A stretch of DNA of 64,000 bases from an archaeon (lineage in GTDB: Archaea > AGJL01 > Methanococci > Methanococcales > Methanocaldococcaceae): assembly GCA_024278985.1 (NCBI GenBank), contig JAJRSC010000015.1, forward strand, positions 21,836 through 85,835, in the 5' to 3' direction. Positions 1-11,739 of this stretch are shown piece by piece. Numbering within the stretch: position 1 is the first letter of the stretch; the number at the start of each line of letters is the position of its first letter. Both the position numbers and the translations under genes were made by a program. The notes beneath the pieces were generated by a model. That model ran no database searches. It was not told where the DNA came from and saw only the letters and a program-made list of their open reading frames with translations.

Positions 1-595
1 CTATAATTTTTATATTATGTTCTTTTGCTAACAATAGTGCATTATATGTTGGTGGAGCTTTTGAAATAATAACTGGAATATTTGAATTAATAACTTTATT
101 TATTATTTCTGAGTTTATTCTACCACTAAATCTTAAAATACTATTTCCAAGATTTAAATCATTTTTTACGGCAAAGCCTACAACCTTATCTATAGCATTA
201 TGTCTTCCAATATCTTCAACCATAAAAATTTTGTTATCTATAAACAACACTGCCCAATGAAAAGCACCAGTTAATTTCCAATATTTAGGTTGTACCTTAT
301 AATTAATAGCCCTTTTAATGTCAATATTATAGTTTTTTTTAAGGTTTAATTTTCCTTCTTCCCCATAAATATATATATTATCTCCAGATATCTTAACATC
401 ATCAACTCTTTTTAATAAACCTTCACTTATACTATATCCATAACCAAACTCTTCTAAGTTATTTGGGGATAAAGTAATTTTCCTAACAAATTTATCATTA
501 ATATATATATTTATATTTTTTTCTTCAGCAATATAATCTTTAGTTTCTATTATTTGATTATTTACAACTTTTTTTATAACTACTTCTCTTATCAT
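1..595 (-). CDS. fdhD: Formate dehydrogenase accessory sulfurtransferase FdhD (runs off window edge)
   Basis: Manual translation from ATG at 595 (MIREVVIKK...) gives TGAFHWAV and EDIGRHNAIDKVVG motifs typical of FdhD. Confidence 0.85.
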   Translation of the reverse strand, partial: MIREVVIKKVVNNQIIETKDYIAEEKNINIYINDKFVRKITLSPNNLEEFGYGYSISEGLLKRVDDVKISGDNIYIYGEEGKLNLKKNYNIDIKRAINYKVQPKYWKLTGAFHWAVLFIDNKIFMVEDIGRHNAIDKVVGFAVKNDLNLGNSILRFSGRINSEIINKVINSNIPVIISKAPPTYNALLLAKEHNIKII

Positions 596-675
596 TATTT
601 CACGCTTAAATTAACTTATAATACTATTTTCTAAAACCTTTTTCTGTGTATTTATGTGTCATAAATAAACACAAA

Positions 676-692
676 ACCGTAAAATATATATA
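676..692 (+). promoter_or_regulatory. BRE/TATA promoter candidate for thermosome gene
   Basis: accgtaaa-atatatata about 55 bp upstream of ATG 749; GGTGA SD just before the start. Confidence 0.5.
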
Positions 693-748
693 GAATATCT
701 ACAACATAATTATACCGAAGAAAGAGACAAAGAAAAAGGTGATAAAAG

Positions 749-2382
749 ATGGCAATGGCAGGAGCACCAATAGTAGTTTTACCACAAAACGTTAAAAGAT
801 ACGTAGGAAAAGACGCTCAAAGAATGAATATCTTAGCAGGTAGAATAATCGCTGAAACTGTTAGAACTACCTTAGGACCAAAAGGAATGGACAAAATGTT
901 AGTAGATGAATTAGGAGACATTATTGTAACTAACGATGGAGTTACAATATTAAAAGAAATGAGTGTTGAACATCCAGCTGCTAAAATGTTAATTGAAGTT
1001 GCTAAAACCCAAGAAAAAGAAGTTGGAGATGGAACAACTACCGCAGTAGTTATTGCTGGAGAATTATTAAAACAAGCTGAAGAATTATTAGACCAAAATA
1101 TCCACCCAACTGTAATAATAAATGGATTTGAATTAGCAAGAAATAAAGCAATTGAAGAAGTTAAAAACATTGCTAAAGAAATAAAAGCTGATGACAAAGA
1201 AATGTTAAAGAAAATTGCAATGACTTCAATTACTGGTAAAGGTGCAGAAAAAGCAAGAGAAAAATTAGCTGATATTGTTGTTGAAGCTGTTACCTCTGTT
1301 GTTGATGAAGAAACTGGAAAAGTTGATAAAGATTTAATAAAAGTTGAGAAAAAAGAAGGAGCTCCAATTGAAGAAACAACTTTAATAAGAGGAGTAGTTA
1401 TTGACAAAGAAAGAGTACATCCAGAAATGCCAAAAAGAGTAGAAAATGCTAAGATTGCATTGTTAAACTGTCCAATTGAAGTTAAAGAAACTGAAACTGA
1501 TGCTGAAATAAGAATAACTGACCCTGCTAAGTTAATGGAATTCATTGAACAAGAAGAAAAAATGATTAAAGATATGGTTGAAAAAATAGCCTATACTGGG
1601 GCTAATGTTGTATTCTGTCAAAAAGGAATTGATGACTTAGCACAATACTACTTAGCTAGAAAGGAATCTTAGCAGTTAGAAGAGTTAAAAAATCAGATAT
1701 GGAAAAATTAGCTAAAGCTACTGGTGCAAGAATAGTAACTAAAATTGATGACTTAACTGCTGAAGATTTAGGAGAAGCTGGATTAGTCGAAGAGAGAAAA
1801 GTTGCTGGAGACGCAATGATATTTGTTGAAGAATGTAAACATCCAAAAGCAGTTACAATATTAGCAAGAGGAGCAACTGAACACGTTGTTGAAGAAGTTG
1901 CAAGAGCTATTGATGACGCTATTGGAGTCGTTAAATGTGCATTAGAAGATGGAAGAATTGTAGCTGGTGGAGGAGCAGCTGAAATAGAATTAGCTAAAAG
2001 ATTAAGAAAATATGCTGAAAGTGTTGCAGGAAAAGAACAATTAGCAGTTAAAGCATTTGCAGATGCTTTAGAAGTAATTCCAAGAACATTAGCAGAAAAC
2101 TCTGGATTAGACCCAATCGACATGTTAGTTAAATTAAGAGCTAAACATGAAGAAGAAGGCGGAGAAACTTATGGATTAGATGTCTTCAGTGGAGACGTTG
2201 TTGACATGTTTGAAAAAGGAGTAGTCTAACCATTAAAAGTTAAAACACATGCAATCGATTCCGCAACTGAAGCATCTATAATGTTGTTAAGAATTGACGA
2301 TGTCATAGCAGCAGAAAAATCAGATTCAGATAAAGGAAAAGGAGGAGAAGGCTCAGACATGGGCGGAGATGAAGAATTCTAA
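749..2382 (+). CDS. ths: Thermosome (group II chaperonin) subunit; apparent frameshift at ~1661 and in-frame TAA at 2227
   Basis: [16 protein letters not shown] and GGGAAE motifs. ORFs 749-1672 and 1699-2229 are contiguous homology, which continues past TAA 2227 ([25 protein letters not shown]) to TAA 2380-2382. Confidence 0.93.
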
Positions 2383-2424
2383 TCTCCTAAACTCTTAAAA
2401 TTTTATTTTTTTATTATTTTATAT

Positions 2425-3084
2425 TTATAAATTTTTATATTTGATATCTTTTATATAAATTTTAATTTCATAATTTTTTATAACTTCTTTGTAGGTATTA
2501 ATAGATTTTTTTACTGTCTCTTTAATATTTCCTTCTAAATTTGAAGTAGATACTTTTAGATTTTTTAATTCATAAATCAAATAACCCTCTGTTATATTTT
2601 TTGGAACTTTAAATATTAATAACCCAGTATAGGAAGTATAAGGTCTTAAATTTACCATTGTTAAACTATTTTCAACATCTAAATAATCCTCAGGATAATA
2701 TTTATTTCCACTATTATCTATAAAATAAAAATCTAAATTACTTACAAATAAAGGATAATTTCTATTATTATTAATTTCCAATTTTATAACTAAATAGGAT
2801 AAAGAATTATTTTCTATTTTTTTTGTTCCTAAGCTCCCTTTTATCTCATCAGTTTTATAAACATCAATTACCTTAATAGTTAGGTTATGAATAACTACAG
2901 GTTTTTCTTGTGTTGTATTTACTACTATAGGCTTTTGAGTTATTATAGATAATAACCCATCATTAGTATTATTTTTATTATCTTCATCTCCAAGAAAAGA
3001 GTTTATAAAATTAATTAGAGTGGCTCCTGAGAAGATTAATAAAATAAATAATACTAATAAATAAATTAATGTTCTGATTCCCAT
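2425..3084 (-). CDS. Membrane-anchored DUF4352-like protein
   Basis: N-terminal hydrophobic anchor; [35 protein letters not shown] pattern. Confidence 0.6.
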   Translation of the reverse strand: MGIRTLIYLLVLFILLIFSGATLINFINSFLGDEDNKNNTNDGLLSIITQKPIVVNTTQEKPVVIHNLTIKVIDVYKTDEIKGSLGTKKIENNSLSYLVIKLEINNNRNYPLFVSNLDFYFIDNSGNKYYPEDYLDVENSLTMVNLRPYTSYTGLLIFKVPKNITEGYLIYELKNLKVSTSNLEGNIKETVKKSINTYKEVIKNYEIKIYIKDIKYKNL

Positions 3085-3491
3085 ACATCATCCCCAAAGA
3101 ATAATTTAATCTCCCTCTCTGCACTTTTTTTGGAATCAGAAGCATGAATAATATTTTCTGGTAGTTTTGTACCAAAATCTCCTCTTATAGTTCCTGGGTC
3201 TGCCTCAGTTGGGTCAGTCATCCCTATCATTTTTCTAACTACTGAAATAGCATTTTCCCCTTCAATAACCATTAAAACTATTCTCCCAGAAGTTATAAAA
3301 TTAATTAAATCCTCAAAAAAATCTTTTCCTTTATGTTCTTCATAGTATTTTTCGGCAAGTTCTCTATTTAATCTAACCATTTTCATAGCTATAATATCAA
3401 GCCCTTTATTTTCGAATCTTTCTATTATTTTTCCTATTAGTTTTCTTTTAACAGCATCTGGTTTTATAGCAACAAAAGTTTTTTCCTTCAT
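3066..3491 (-). CDS. ndk: Nucleoside diphosphate kinase
   Basis: [27 protein letters not shown] motifs. Confidence 0.97.
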   Translation of the reverse strand: MKEKTFVAIKPDAVKRKLIGKIIERFENKGLDIIAMKMVRLNRELAEKYYEEHKGKDFFEDLINFITSGRIVLMVIEGENAISVVRKMIGMTDPTEADPGTIRGDFGTKLPENIIHASDSKKSAEREIKLFFGDDVWESEH

Positions 3492-3502
3492 ATCTATCCC
3501 CC

Positions 3503-4663
3503 TTATATAAGATTAATAAATTTACCTAAACAGTAAAATACTCCTATAGATGCTCCAATATTAGATAATGTGGCAACCAATAAAATTCTAAATAAATTAT
3601 TATTTAGAAGTTCTTTTAATGAATTTGTATTTATAAAATTAATTATATCCTCTTCATTGATTTCTCTAAATTTTAACTCTATTAATCCTGTTACAGTTCC
3701 TACAGCAGCAAATGGTAATGGGATAAGAGTAGTTATTGGAGCTGATAAAAAAGCAACTAATGCAGTTAATGGTTTTCCCCTTGCTAATATTACTCCCAAA
3801 CTTGCAAGTCCTCCAGTTAATAGTATCCAATTTATTGTTAATAACTTTAAAATATCTGGATTGTTTATAGAATAAAATATTATATAACCTAAAATTCCAA
3901 ATATTGCAATGGTTAATAAATAGCTAAATATCTTTCCAATTTTAAATTTCTTTTTTTTAACTTTTAATAATTCATATATATCATAATCATAACCATCCTT
4001 TAATTTCTCTAAATAGTTTATGATTCCTTTAACATGCCCTGCTCCTACAACAACAACTAAAGAGTTTTTAACTTTACTCAACTCAAAAATCTTTTTTGCC
4101 ATATATCTATCTCTTTCATTAACTAAAACCCTAAACATTGTTGGAGACATATCTTTAAGTAATGAAATAAATTTTTCTGGATTTTTAATCATTTTATTTA
4201 TATCCTCTTCAGAAACTTCAATTTCTTCAGCATTTAAAATTTCATAAAATAGTTTTAATTTTTCTTTTAGAGACATTTCATTTAATAATCTTGACAATGT
4301 TATATTAATATCTCTATCTATTAGATATATAGGAATTGATAAAGAAGAAGCCATATCTATAGCAGTTTTCATTTCTTCTCCAGGTTTAATTCCAAAACTT
4401 TCTCCAATCTTTTTTTGAGAACTTGCCAATATAATGTAAATTAAAAATTTTGTAAAATCTCCTGTTTTTAAAACTTGTTTAATATCTATCTTTTTTTCTC
4501 ATGAAATTAATGATAAAAATCTTTTTTCATCTAATTCAACTGCTACTCCTTCTGGATTAACTTGATTAATAATATTTTTAACCTCTTCAATACTATCTTT
4601 AGAAATATGTGCAGTTCCTACTAAATAAATCTTACAATTGTTTATTTCAATTTCCTTTATCAT
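3503..4663 (-). CDS. TraB/GumN (pheromone-shutdown) family membrane protein; in-frame TGA at 4499-4501
   Basis: Same-frame upstream part from ATG 4663 ([20 protein letters not shown]) joins ORF 3503-4429 (PGEEM, ERDRYMA, VVGAGH). Confidence 0.85.
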
Positions 4664-5823
4664 AAAAATGCCCTCTTTATAATTATTGTTGCATAACTTC
4701 CTTTATTTAATTGAAAATTTAATTTTAGTTTATATTTATTTTTATTTAATTCATCTTCTTCAAAATTACCTACTTTTAAATTTTTTGGAATATTTAATAT
4801 ATTTCTTTCTGAATATATAAATCTTCCTATTATATTTAATTTATTTAGCTCTTCCATTCTTATATTCTCCTTTTTTAGAATTTTATTAATTATTTTTAGT
4901 TCATCATCATTATATTTTCCATCTGGAGAAATTGTAGGAAATTTTTTATTTTTAAGTTCTAAAAATATATCATCATCTATATTTAGATAGAACATTAATT
5001 CTCCACATTCATATTTATAATAAACCCTATCTTCTTTAGGAATATATTTATATAAAAACTCTTTTACACATTCATTCCACAAATAACTTTGATAAGCTGA
5101 GACAAATATTTTTTTTAATCTATTATCAACATATTTTAAAGCTTTTTTATAGTCATTACTCTTTTTTAGTTCTCTTACAATATTTACAAACATCTTAGCT
5201 TTTATGTTATTGTCCTCTATATACTTCCAAATTTTGCTCCAATCTCCCCAATGTTGATTTATAAATCTTTTTAAATCTTTGATTTTCTTTTTTTCTGATT
5301 TTTTATATTTTGTTAATAAAATTTTTATAGCTTCTTCATAATTTCCTTTTATAATCTCCTTAGCAATAAATTTTTTGTTAAATACACTTCCAAATCTTTG
5401 ACTATCAAAGTAGTTAGGAGCTCCTAAATAAAGATTTCTTAAATTTTCTTTTATTCTTTCAATATCTTCCTTTTTAATATCTCTAACAGTTATTTCAAAT
5501 TTATTTCCTTCTAAATCTCCTAATAATAGAAATTTACTTTCACCTATATGTTTAACTTTTAAATTTTTCTCATCCAACTCTAATATCCCATACTTTTTTG
5601 GAATAGATATATATTGAGTGGTTATAGCATGTCTATCTTTTAACCCACAGTAACCAATATCTTTAAGAGGAATTTTAAATTTCTTAGATATATATGAAAA
5701 AGCTTTTAAACTTTCAATATTTCTTTTAGTTAATTTATATAAATAACATTTATTTCCTTTAATCTTTTCAAAATCAACAATCTCCTCCACAATAAAATCC
5801 TCTGGTTTCATTCTTAACTTCAT
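4660..5823 (-). CDS. truD: tRNA pseudouridine(13) synthase TruD
   Basis: PEDFIVEE, GLKDRHAITTQ, NYFDSQRFG, GSYAT motifs. Confidence 0.93.
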   Translation of the reverse strand: MKLRMKPEDFIVEEIVDFEKIKGNKCYLYKLTKRNIESLKAFSYISKKFKIPLKDIGYCGLKDRHAITTQYISIPKKYGILELDEKNLKVKHIGESKFLLLGDLEGNKFEITVRDIKKEDIERIKENLRNLYLGAPNYFDSQRFGSVFNKKFIAKEIIKGNYEEAIKILLTKYKKSEKKKIKDLKRFINQHWGDWSKIWKYIEDNNIKAKMFVNIVRELKKSNDYKKALKYVDNRLKKIFVSAYQSYLWNECVKEFLYKYIPKEDRVYYKYECGELMFYLNIDDDIFLELKNKKFPTISPDGKYNDDELKIINKILKKENIRMEELNKLNIIGRFIYSERNILNIPKNLKVGNFEEDELNKNKYKLKLNFQLNKGSYATIIIKRAFL

Positions 5824-5856
5824 AATAATTCACCAATTATTTAGGGGGGTTAAGTT

Positions 5857-6747
5857 ATGATTTCTGTTGTAGGCCATACTGCTGTAGATCATATATTTAA
5901 TATTGAGAAATTCCCAGAGCCAAATACATCCATTCAAATACCAACAGTTAAAAAATATTTTGGTGGAGCTGCTGCAAATGTCTCAGTTGCTATAAAAAAA
6001 CTTGGTTATAATTCTGAACTTATATCATGTGTTGGGTATGACTTTGAATTCTTAAATTATGAAAGTTATTTAAAAAATATTGGTGTAAATATTTCTAAGT
6101 TGTATTACTCTACTGAAGAGGAAACTCCTAAGGCATGGATATTTACTGATAAAGATAACAATCAAATGACATTCTTCTTATGGGGAGCCTCTAAGCACTT
6201 TAAAGATTTAAGTCCAGAATTGCCAGATGGAGAAATTATTCATATAGCTACAGGTGACCCTGAATATAACCTGAAAGTAGCCAAAAATAAAAAGGCTATT
6301 ATCTCCTTTGACCCAGGACAGGATTTACCTCAATATAGTAAAGATACTTTATTTAATATTATAAAAAATACTAACTTTTTATTTTTTAATAATTATGAAT
6401 TTGAGAAAGCCAGTAAATTATTAAATTTTGATATTAAAGATTATTTAAAATATGTTGATGCCCTTATAATTACTTATGGTAAAGAAGGAAGTAAAATATA
6501 TACAAAGGATAATATCATAAATATCCCATGCATAAAATCCAATGCTACTATTGACCCTACTGGAGCAGGAGATGCATATAGAGCTGGTTTTTTAGTTGGT
6601 TATCTTAAGTATAAAGATTTTTATAAAGCTGGATTATTGGGTTCAGCTGTTGCTTCTTTTGTTGTTGAAAAAAAAGGATGCCAAACTAATTTACCAACTT
6701 TTGATATGGTTTTAGAAAGATTAAAAAATAATGGTTATCAATTATAG
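5857..6747 (+). CDS. PfkB-family nucleoside kinase
   Basis: GGAAANV and DPTGAGDAYRAG motifs. Confidence 0.88.
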   Translation: MISVVGHTAVDHIFNIEKFPEPNTSIQIPTVKKYFGGAAANVSVAIKKLGYNSELISCVGYDFEFLNYESYLKNIGVNISKLYYSTEEETPKAWIFTDKDNNQMTFFLWGASKHFKDLSPELPDGEIIHIATGDPEYNLKVAKNKKAIISFDPGQDLPQYSKDTLFNIIKNTNFLFFNNYEFEKASKLLNFDIKDYLKYVDALIITYGKEGSKIYTKDNIINIPCIKSNATIDPTGAGDAYRAGFLVGYLKYKDFYKAGLLGSAVASFVVEKKGCQTNLPTFDMVLERLKNNGYQL

Positions 6748-6756
6748 GTGGATAGA

Positions 6757-7673
6757 ATGGGAATAATTAGAGAAATAAAAAACTAAAAGAAGAAAAAAAT
6801 GCTATTATTTTAGCCCATAATTATCAACCTTATGAAATTCAGAGAATTGCTGATTTTCTTGGAGATTCTTTAGAACTTTGTATTAAAGCAAAAGAAACTG
6901 ATGCAGATATTATAGTTTTCTGTGGAGTAGATTTTATGGCTGAAACTGCTAAAGTGATTAACCCAGATAAAAAAGTTTTACTTCCAGAGGTTAAAGATAC
7001 TCAATGTCCAATGGCTCATCAACTACCAAAAGAAATTATTATTGAATATAAAAAAAGATATAATAATGCTCCATTGGTTGTATATGTCAATACTACTGCT
7101 GAAACAAAAGCAATGGCTGATATTGTATGTACTTCTGCAAATGCTTTAAAAGTTGTTGAAAGTTTAGAGGAAGATGTTATTTTATTTGGTCCAGATAAAA
7201 ATCTGGCATATTATGTACAAAAAAATACAGATAAAAAGGTTATTCCTATTCCAAAAGATGGAGGTTGTTATGTGCATCAACTTATTACTATTGAGGATGT
7301 AAAAAAAGTAAAAGAAAAATATCCTGATGCTATTTTATTGGTACATCCAGAATGTAATCCAGAAATACAAGATGAAGCTGACTATATATTAAGTACCAGT
7401 GGTATGGTTAAAAAAGTTATTGAAGAGGAAGGAATTTATATTATTGGAACAGAAGTAGGTTTAATAGATAGGATAAAATATGAAATTGAAAAGAAAGGTT
7501 TAGATAATAGAGAATTAATTCCTCTAAATGAAAATGCAATATGTAAAGAAATGAAACAAATTACTTTAGAAAAGCTTTATAGAGCATTAAAAGAAGAGAT
7601 ATATGAAGTTGTTCTAAGTGATGAAATTATTGAGAAGGCAAAAAAACCAATTGAGAAAATGCTGAAATTATGA
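6757..7673 (+). CDS. nadA: Quinolinate synthase NadA; apparent -1 frameshift in A-run at ~6777-6783
   Basis: ATG 6757 after GGTGG SD; ILAHNYQ, GDSLEL and FCGVDFMAE lie upstream of the tracked ORF; CPMA, CYVH, HPEC, CKEMK motifs. Confidence 0.92.
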
Positions 7674-8038
7674 GAATTGAAGAAAATGAAATTTTTAACA
7701 AATATTTTAAAAATCTTTCAGATAAGGAGAGGGCTATTTTTGAGGGAGGAATTAGTTTAGGGGCGTTATTCCACCAATTTGTAGGAACTCCTGTAAATAA
7801 AAAGAGTAAGGAAAGTTTAGAGAAAGCTATTGAAGAGAGTATAAAAAACCAGCCATTTGTTGAAGATGTAAGAGTTAATATAAAGAATGTAGAAGAAAAA
7901 TATAAGTCATTAAGTGGAGATATGTTATATGTTGAACTAACTATAAAAGTTAATAAAATTAGAGTATATTTTAAATTAGAATATATTAAAGAGTTGGACT
8001 ACCCTTTAATGTATATTGAAAAAATTGAAAAACTTTAA
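7670..8038 (+). CDS. mptD: Archaeal dihydroneopterin aldolase MptD
   Basis: ERAIFEGGISLGALFHQFVGTP and ELDYPLMY motifs. Confidence 0.85.
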   Translation: MRIEENEIFNKYFKNLSDKERAIFEGGISLGALFHQFVGTPVNKKSKESLEKAIEESIKNQPFVEDVRVNIKNVEEKYKSLSGDMLYVELTIKVNKIRVYFKLEYIKELDYPLMYIEKIEKL

Positions 8039-8052
8039 TTAGGTAGATAATA

Positions 8053-10158
8053 ATGAAGAAATTAATGTTTTTATTAATTTTATTTTCTTTACCTTATGTT
8101 TTTTCAGAAAGTTTAGAGTATAAATATATCTCTACTATCCCAATTGAGTTAATAAAGTTATCAGATATAAAAAGTATTGATGAATTAAACAAAATATTAG
8201 ATAATAACAATACATTAACTATTTTATGCTTAGACAAATTAGATAAAAATACAAGATATTTATTAACATACTTAGGTGTTAAAGAATATACTCCTTCAAA
8301 AATTCCAGATTTATATAACTATACCTTAGTAACTGATAAAATACTATTATATAAAAAATATACTGTTTATAGAGATGAAGATGGGATTTATATTTTCAAT
8401 CCTCCTGTTAATGTTAATCATTCTAAATTTGAATTTATCAAACCATATATAATAAAAGTGCCTAATCCAAAGTATATTCCTAACTTTGATGGTTATGTTT
8501 TAATAAATAATGGAACATTTATTCTATATCCAAAAAAATATGTTATTAGAAGAGCAGATGGAAGTTATATTTTTATTCCTCCAAAAAATAAAAGTGATGA
8601 GTATAGGGTTATATATACATTTAACAAACCCCCAACAATGATTCCTGAAACATATAATTATACATTTGTAGATAATAAAGGAATCTTTATAATTTATCCA
8701 AAAAAGTACTACATAAGAAATAAAGATGGAATTTATATTTTTTATCCTCCTGTCAATGTTAGTAAGAAAACAGTATATAAAATCTCCTATCCAAAAATAT
8801 CTGATGGTGTTTATGAGATAAGAAAAAATAAGCTTTTATTTTTGTATGATACAAATCTTAACAATATTAAAACATTAAATATTATTGGGAAATATATAGC
8901 TAAAAATGGAGGAGTTTTTGCATATATAAATAAGGTTCCACCATACTACAAAAATATTTTAGTTGCTGGTGTTGGAATACAGAAAATAATTCCTGATGAA
9001 AATGGAGATTATGCCATTGAAGTTGCAGGAAGAAAAATAAAAGTTGATTTATTAGATGAGGATGTTATTAAAAATAAATTAAAATCAATCAAAGCTCTAA
9101 AATCTTTAGGAATTAATGTTAGTTATATTGTAACTGGAGATGAAGGAATAAAATTAGTTCAAAAAACTGATGTTGATATAGATGAAGCTAAAGAATTGTT
9201 AAATGACTATTGGTTTAAAAAATATTACACTAACTATACCCACCTCTATTTTAATTCATATTATTCCTATTATATAAATAATGATGATATTGTTGGTTTA
9301 AGTTATTATCCACTAATATACTTAGAAAAAGCTCCTGAAACTTTTGATGAACCATATGGAGATTTATATCCTAATGTAATCCATTATAAAGGAACTGAAG
9401 ATTATGGATATTGGGAGTATGGACCAGAATCTAAAAATGAATATTATCATGAAGATAATGAGCCATTTTGGAATGATAATGAAAAGTCAGCTGAAGGTTG
9501 GTACTATGAAGGAAGATATGTAACTGATGATTCTGATTTATGGGAAAGATATAAATATTTTGAAGATTGGTATGTTAGAAACTATGCCTATTTATTAGCT
9601 AAGGGTGTTGATGGATTATTTTTATTATCCTCAGATTCTTATTTGCTTAATGTAATTTTAGGTAAAGAGGATTTAAATTCTGATAATTATAGTTATTCAT
9701 TAGATATTAACAAAAAAATTAAGTATCTTATAGTTCCAGGTAGCAAAGGATTCAATATAGTTGATAATATTCCTATTATTTATATTCCAACACTATTATG
9801 TGATTATTATGGTGTAAAAATTTTAAATATGACTTATATCCCTCCTAAAGATGAAGATTTTGGAGTTTATGTATCAAATATAATAATGTTTAAGCCAAAA
9901 TTATTGATTGAACTAAAAGAAAATGGTACTTGTATAATGGACTTTAAAAATTTAGCTGAATGGCTTACAAAGTATAAGAAAAACTTTATAATTTTTAAAA
10001 AAAGAAATGTTATATACATAAAAGATAACAAAAATGTAAAGATAACTATATTTAAAAAGAACTTTCCATATAACCTATACAATATAGAGGAATACAAAAA
10101 AGATAGTTATATGTATGTAATTGATAATCCTCCTAAATATATTTATTTAGGTGACTAA
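8053..10158 (+). CDS. Secreted hypothetical protein with three internal ~55-60 aa repeats
   Basis: Signal-peptide-like N-terminus; repeated IP..YNYT.V...YPKKY..R..DG.YIF.PP. Confidence 0.7.
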   Translation: MKKLMFLLILFSLPYVFSESLEYKYISTIPIELIKLSDIKSIDELNKILDNNNTLTILCLDKLDKNTRYLLTYLGVKEYTPSKIPDLYNYTLVTDKILLYKKYTVYRDEDGIYIFNPPVNVNHSKFEFIKPYIIKVPNPKYIPNFDGYVLINNGTFILYPKKYVIRRADGSYIFIPPKNKSDEYRVIYTFNKPPTMIPETYNYTFVDNKGIFIIYPKKYYIRNKDGIYIFYPPVNVSKKTVYKISYPKISDGVYEIRKNKLLFLYDTNLNNIKTLNIIGKYIAKNGGVFAYINKVPPYYKNILVAGVGIQKIIPDENGDYAIEVAGRKIKVDLLDEDVIKNKLKSIKALKSLGINVSYIVTGDEGIKLVQKTDVDIDEAKELLNDYWFKKYYTNYTHLYFNSYYSYYINNDDIVGLSYYPLIYLEKAPETFDEPYGDLYPNVIHYKGTEDYGYWEYGPESKNEYYHEDNEPFWNDNEKSAEGWYYEGRYVTDDSDLWERYKYFEDWYVRNYAYLLAKGVDGLFLLSSDSYLLNVILGKEDLNSDNYSYSLDINKKIKYLIVPGSKGFNIVDNIPIIYIPTLLCDYYGVKILNMTYIPPKDEDFGVYVSNIIMFKPKLLIELKENGTCIMDFKNLAEWLTKYKKNFIIFKKRNVIYIKDNKNVKITIFKKNFPYNLYNIEEYKKDSYMYVIDNPPKYIYLGD

Positions 10159-10160
10159 TA

Positions 10161-10925
10161 ATGAAAATAGCCTTTTATAACCTCCAAGGAGGTACAGGAA
10201 AAACAACTTTAGCAACAAATTTTGCTTACTATTTAAGCCAATCTATAAAAACTGCTTATATTGACTGTGATTTTTTTGCAGGAACTTCATCATTTGTTTT
10301 TAATTTGGAAGATGTTGAACATAATATAAATACTTATTTTATAGGAGAGTCTACATTAGAAGATATTATGTATAATTATGATGACTTAATTGTTATACCT
10401 GCTGGAGTTACTACTGAAGTTTTTCAAAGTAAATTTGATACTGAAAAGTTTAATGATTTATTAACTTTTTTAGCTGATGAATGTGAAATTATTGTCTTAG
10501 ATTTACCTCCAAACATTACTGAGGATAATATACTAACATATGCAGGTATATATGAATATATAGATAAAGTTCTTATCGTTTCTGATGATAGTATTCCAGG
10601 GATTTCCAATACCTTAAAAACCATGGATTTATTGGAAGATTTAGGATTAGGAAATGAGGGGATTATTGTTAATAAATATGTTGGACATACTGATTTAGAG
10701 GAAATTGCAGATGATTTATTAGGTGTTTTACCTTATGATATTAATGTAGAAAGACAATGGAAAGAAAGTACTCCAATAATAAGAATGAAAACAAAATTCT
10801 CAAAAGAATTTAAAAAGTTTATTAATAATACTGTTAAAACATACTTAGAGAAAGATTTAGCATCACTAAGAGCTTTAAAATTAGCCAAAGAGATATATGG
10901 ATTAGAAGATGAGGAGGAATTATAA
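10161..10925 (+). CDS. MinD/ParA-family ATPase
   Basis: QGGTGKTT deviant Walker A, DCD, IVLDLPP. Confidence 0.85.
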   Translation: MKIAFYNLQGGTGKTTLATNFAYYLSQSIKTAYIDCDFFAGTSSFVFNLEDVEHNINTYFIGESTLEDIMYNYDDLIVIPAGVTTEVFQSKFDTEKFNDLLTFLADECEIIVLDLPPNITEDNILTYAGIYEYIDKVLIVSDDSIPGISNTLKTMDLLEDLGLGNEGIIVNKYVGHTDLEEIADDLLGVLPYDINVERQWKESTPIIRMKTKFSKEFKKFINNTVKTYLEKDLASLRALKLAKEIYGLEDEEEL

Positions 10926-11737
10926 ATGCTTGCTAAAAGAATAATCCCATGTTTAGATATAAAAAATGGAAGAGTTGTTAAAGGAACTAAATTTTTAAAC
11001 CTTAGGGATGCTGGAGACCCTGTTGAGTTGGCTGAATACTATGATAATGAAGGAGCTGATGAATTAGTATTTTTAGATATTACTGCATCATCAGAGAATA
11101 GAGACATATTAATTGATGTTGTAGAAAAAACTGCTGAAAAGGTATTTGTTCCTCTAACTGTTGGAGGGGGTATAAAGAGTATTGAAGATATAAGAAAGAT
11201 TTTAAATGCTGGAGCTGATAAAGTTTCTATAAATACTGCAGCAGTAAAAAACCCAAATTTAATAAAAGAGGCAAGTGAAATTTTTGGTAGTCAATGTATA
11301 GTTGTAGCAATTGATGCAAAGAGACATTATGTTAATGAGGATGAATTAGATTTAACTTTTAAAAACATTGTAAAGGTTGAAGATGGATATTGTTGGTTTG
11401 AAGTATATATATATGGAGGAAAAAAGGAACTGGAATAGATGCAATAAACTGGGCTAAAAAAGTTGAAGAATTAGGAGCTGGAGAAATATTACTAACAAGT
11501 ATAGACAGAGATGGAACTAAGCAAGGTTATGATTTAGCTTTAATTAGGAGTATTGCCAAAACTGTAAAGTTACCTGTTATTGCAAGTGGAGGTTGTGGAA
11601 AGTTGGAGCATGTTTATCAGGCATTTATTAATGATGCAGATGCAGCTTTAATGGCGGGAATTTTACATTATAAAGAATATACAATAAAAGAGATTAAAGA
11701 TTACTGCAAAGAAAAAGGAATAATTATAAGGGATTAG
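10926..11737 (+). CDS. hisF: Imidazole glycerol phosphate synthase cyclase subunit; apparent -1 frameshift in A-run at ~11420-11425
   Basis: KRIIPCLD and [10 protein letters not shown]; after the shift [20 protein letters not shown] and VIASGG run to TAG 11735-11737. Confidence 0.93.
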
Positions 11738-11739
11738 CC

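Noticed and set aside
817-2123. Long antisense ORFs 817-1545 and 1656-2123, and the many similar short opposite-strand ORFs
   Set aside because: Shadow frames of well-supported genes with no motifs or SD
4499-4501. Selenocysteine UGA in the TraB-family gene
   Set aside because: Non-catalytic linker position, not a known selenoprotein family, no SECIS-like GC hairpin seen, and it fits GGA>TGA
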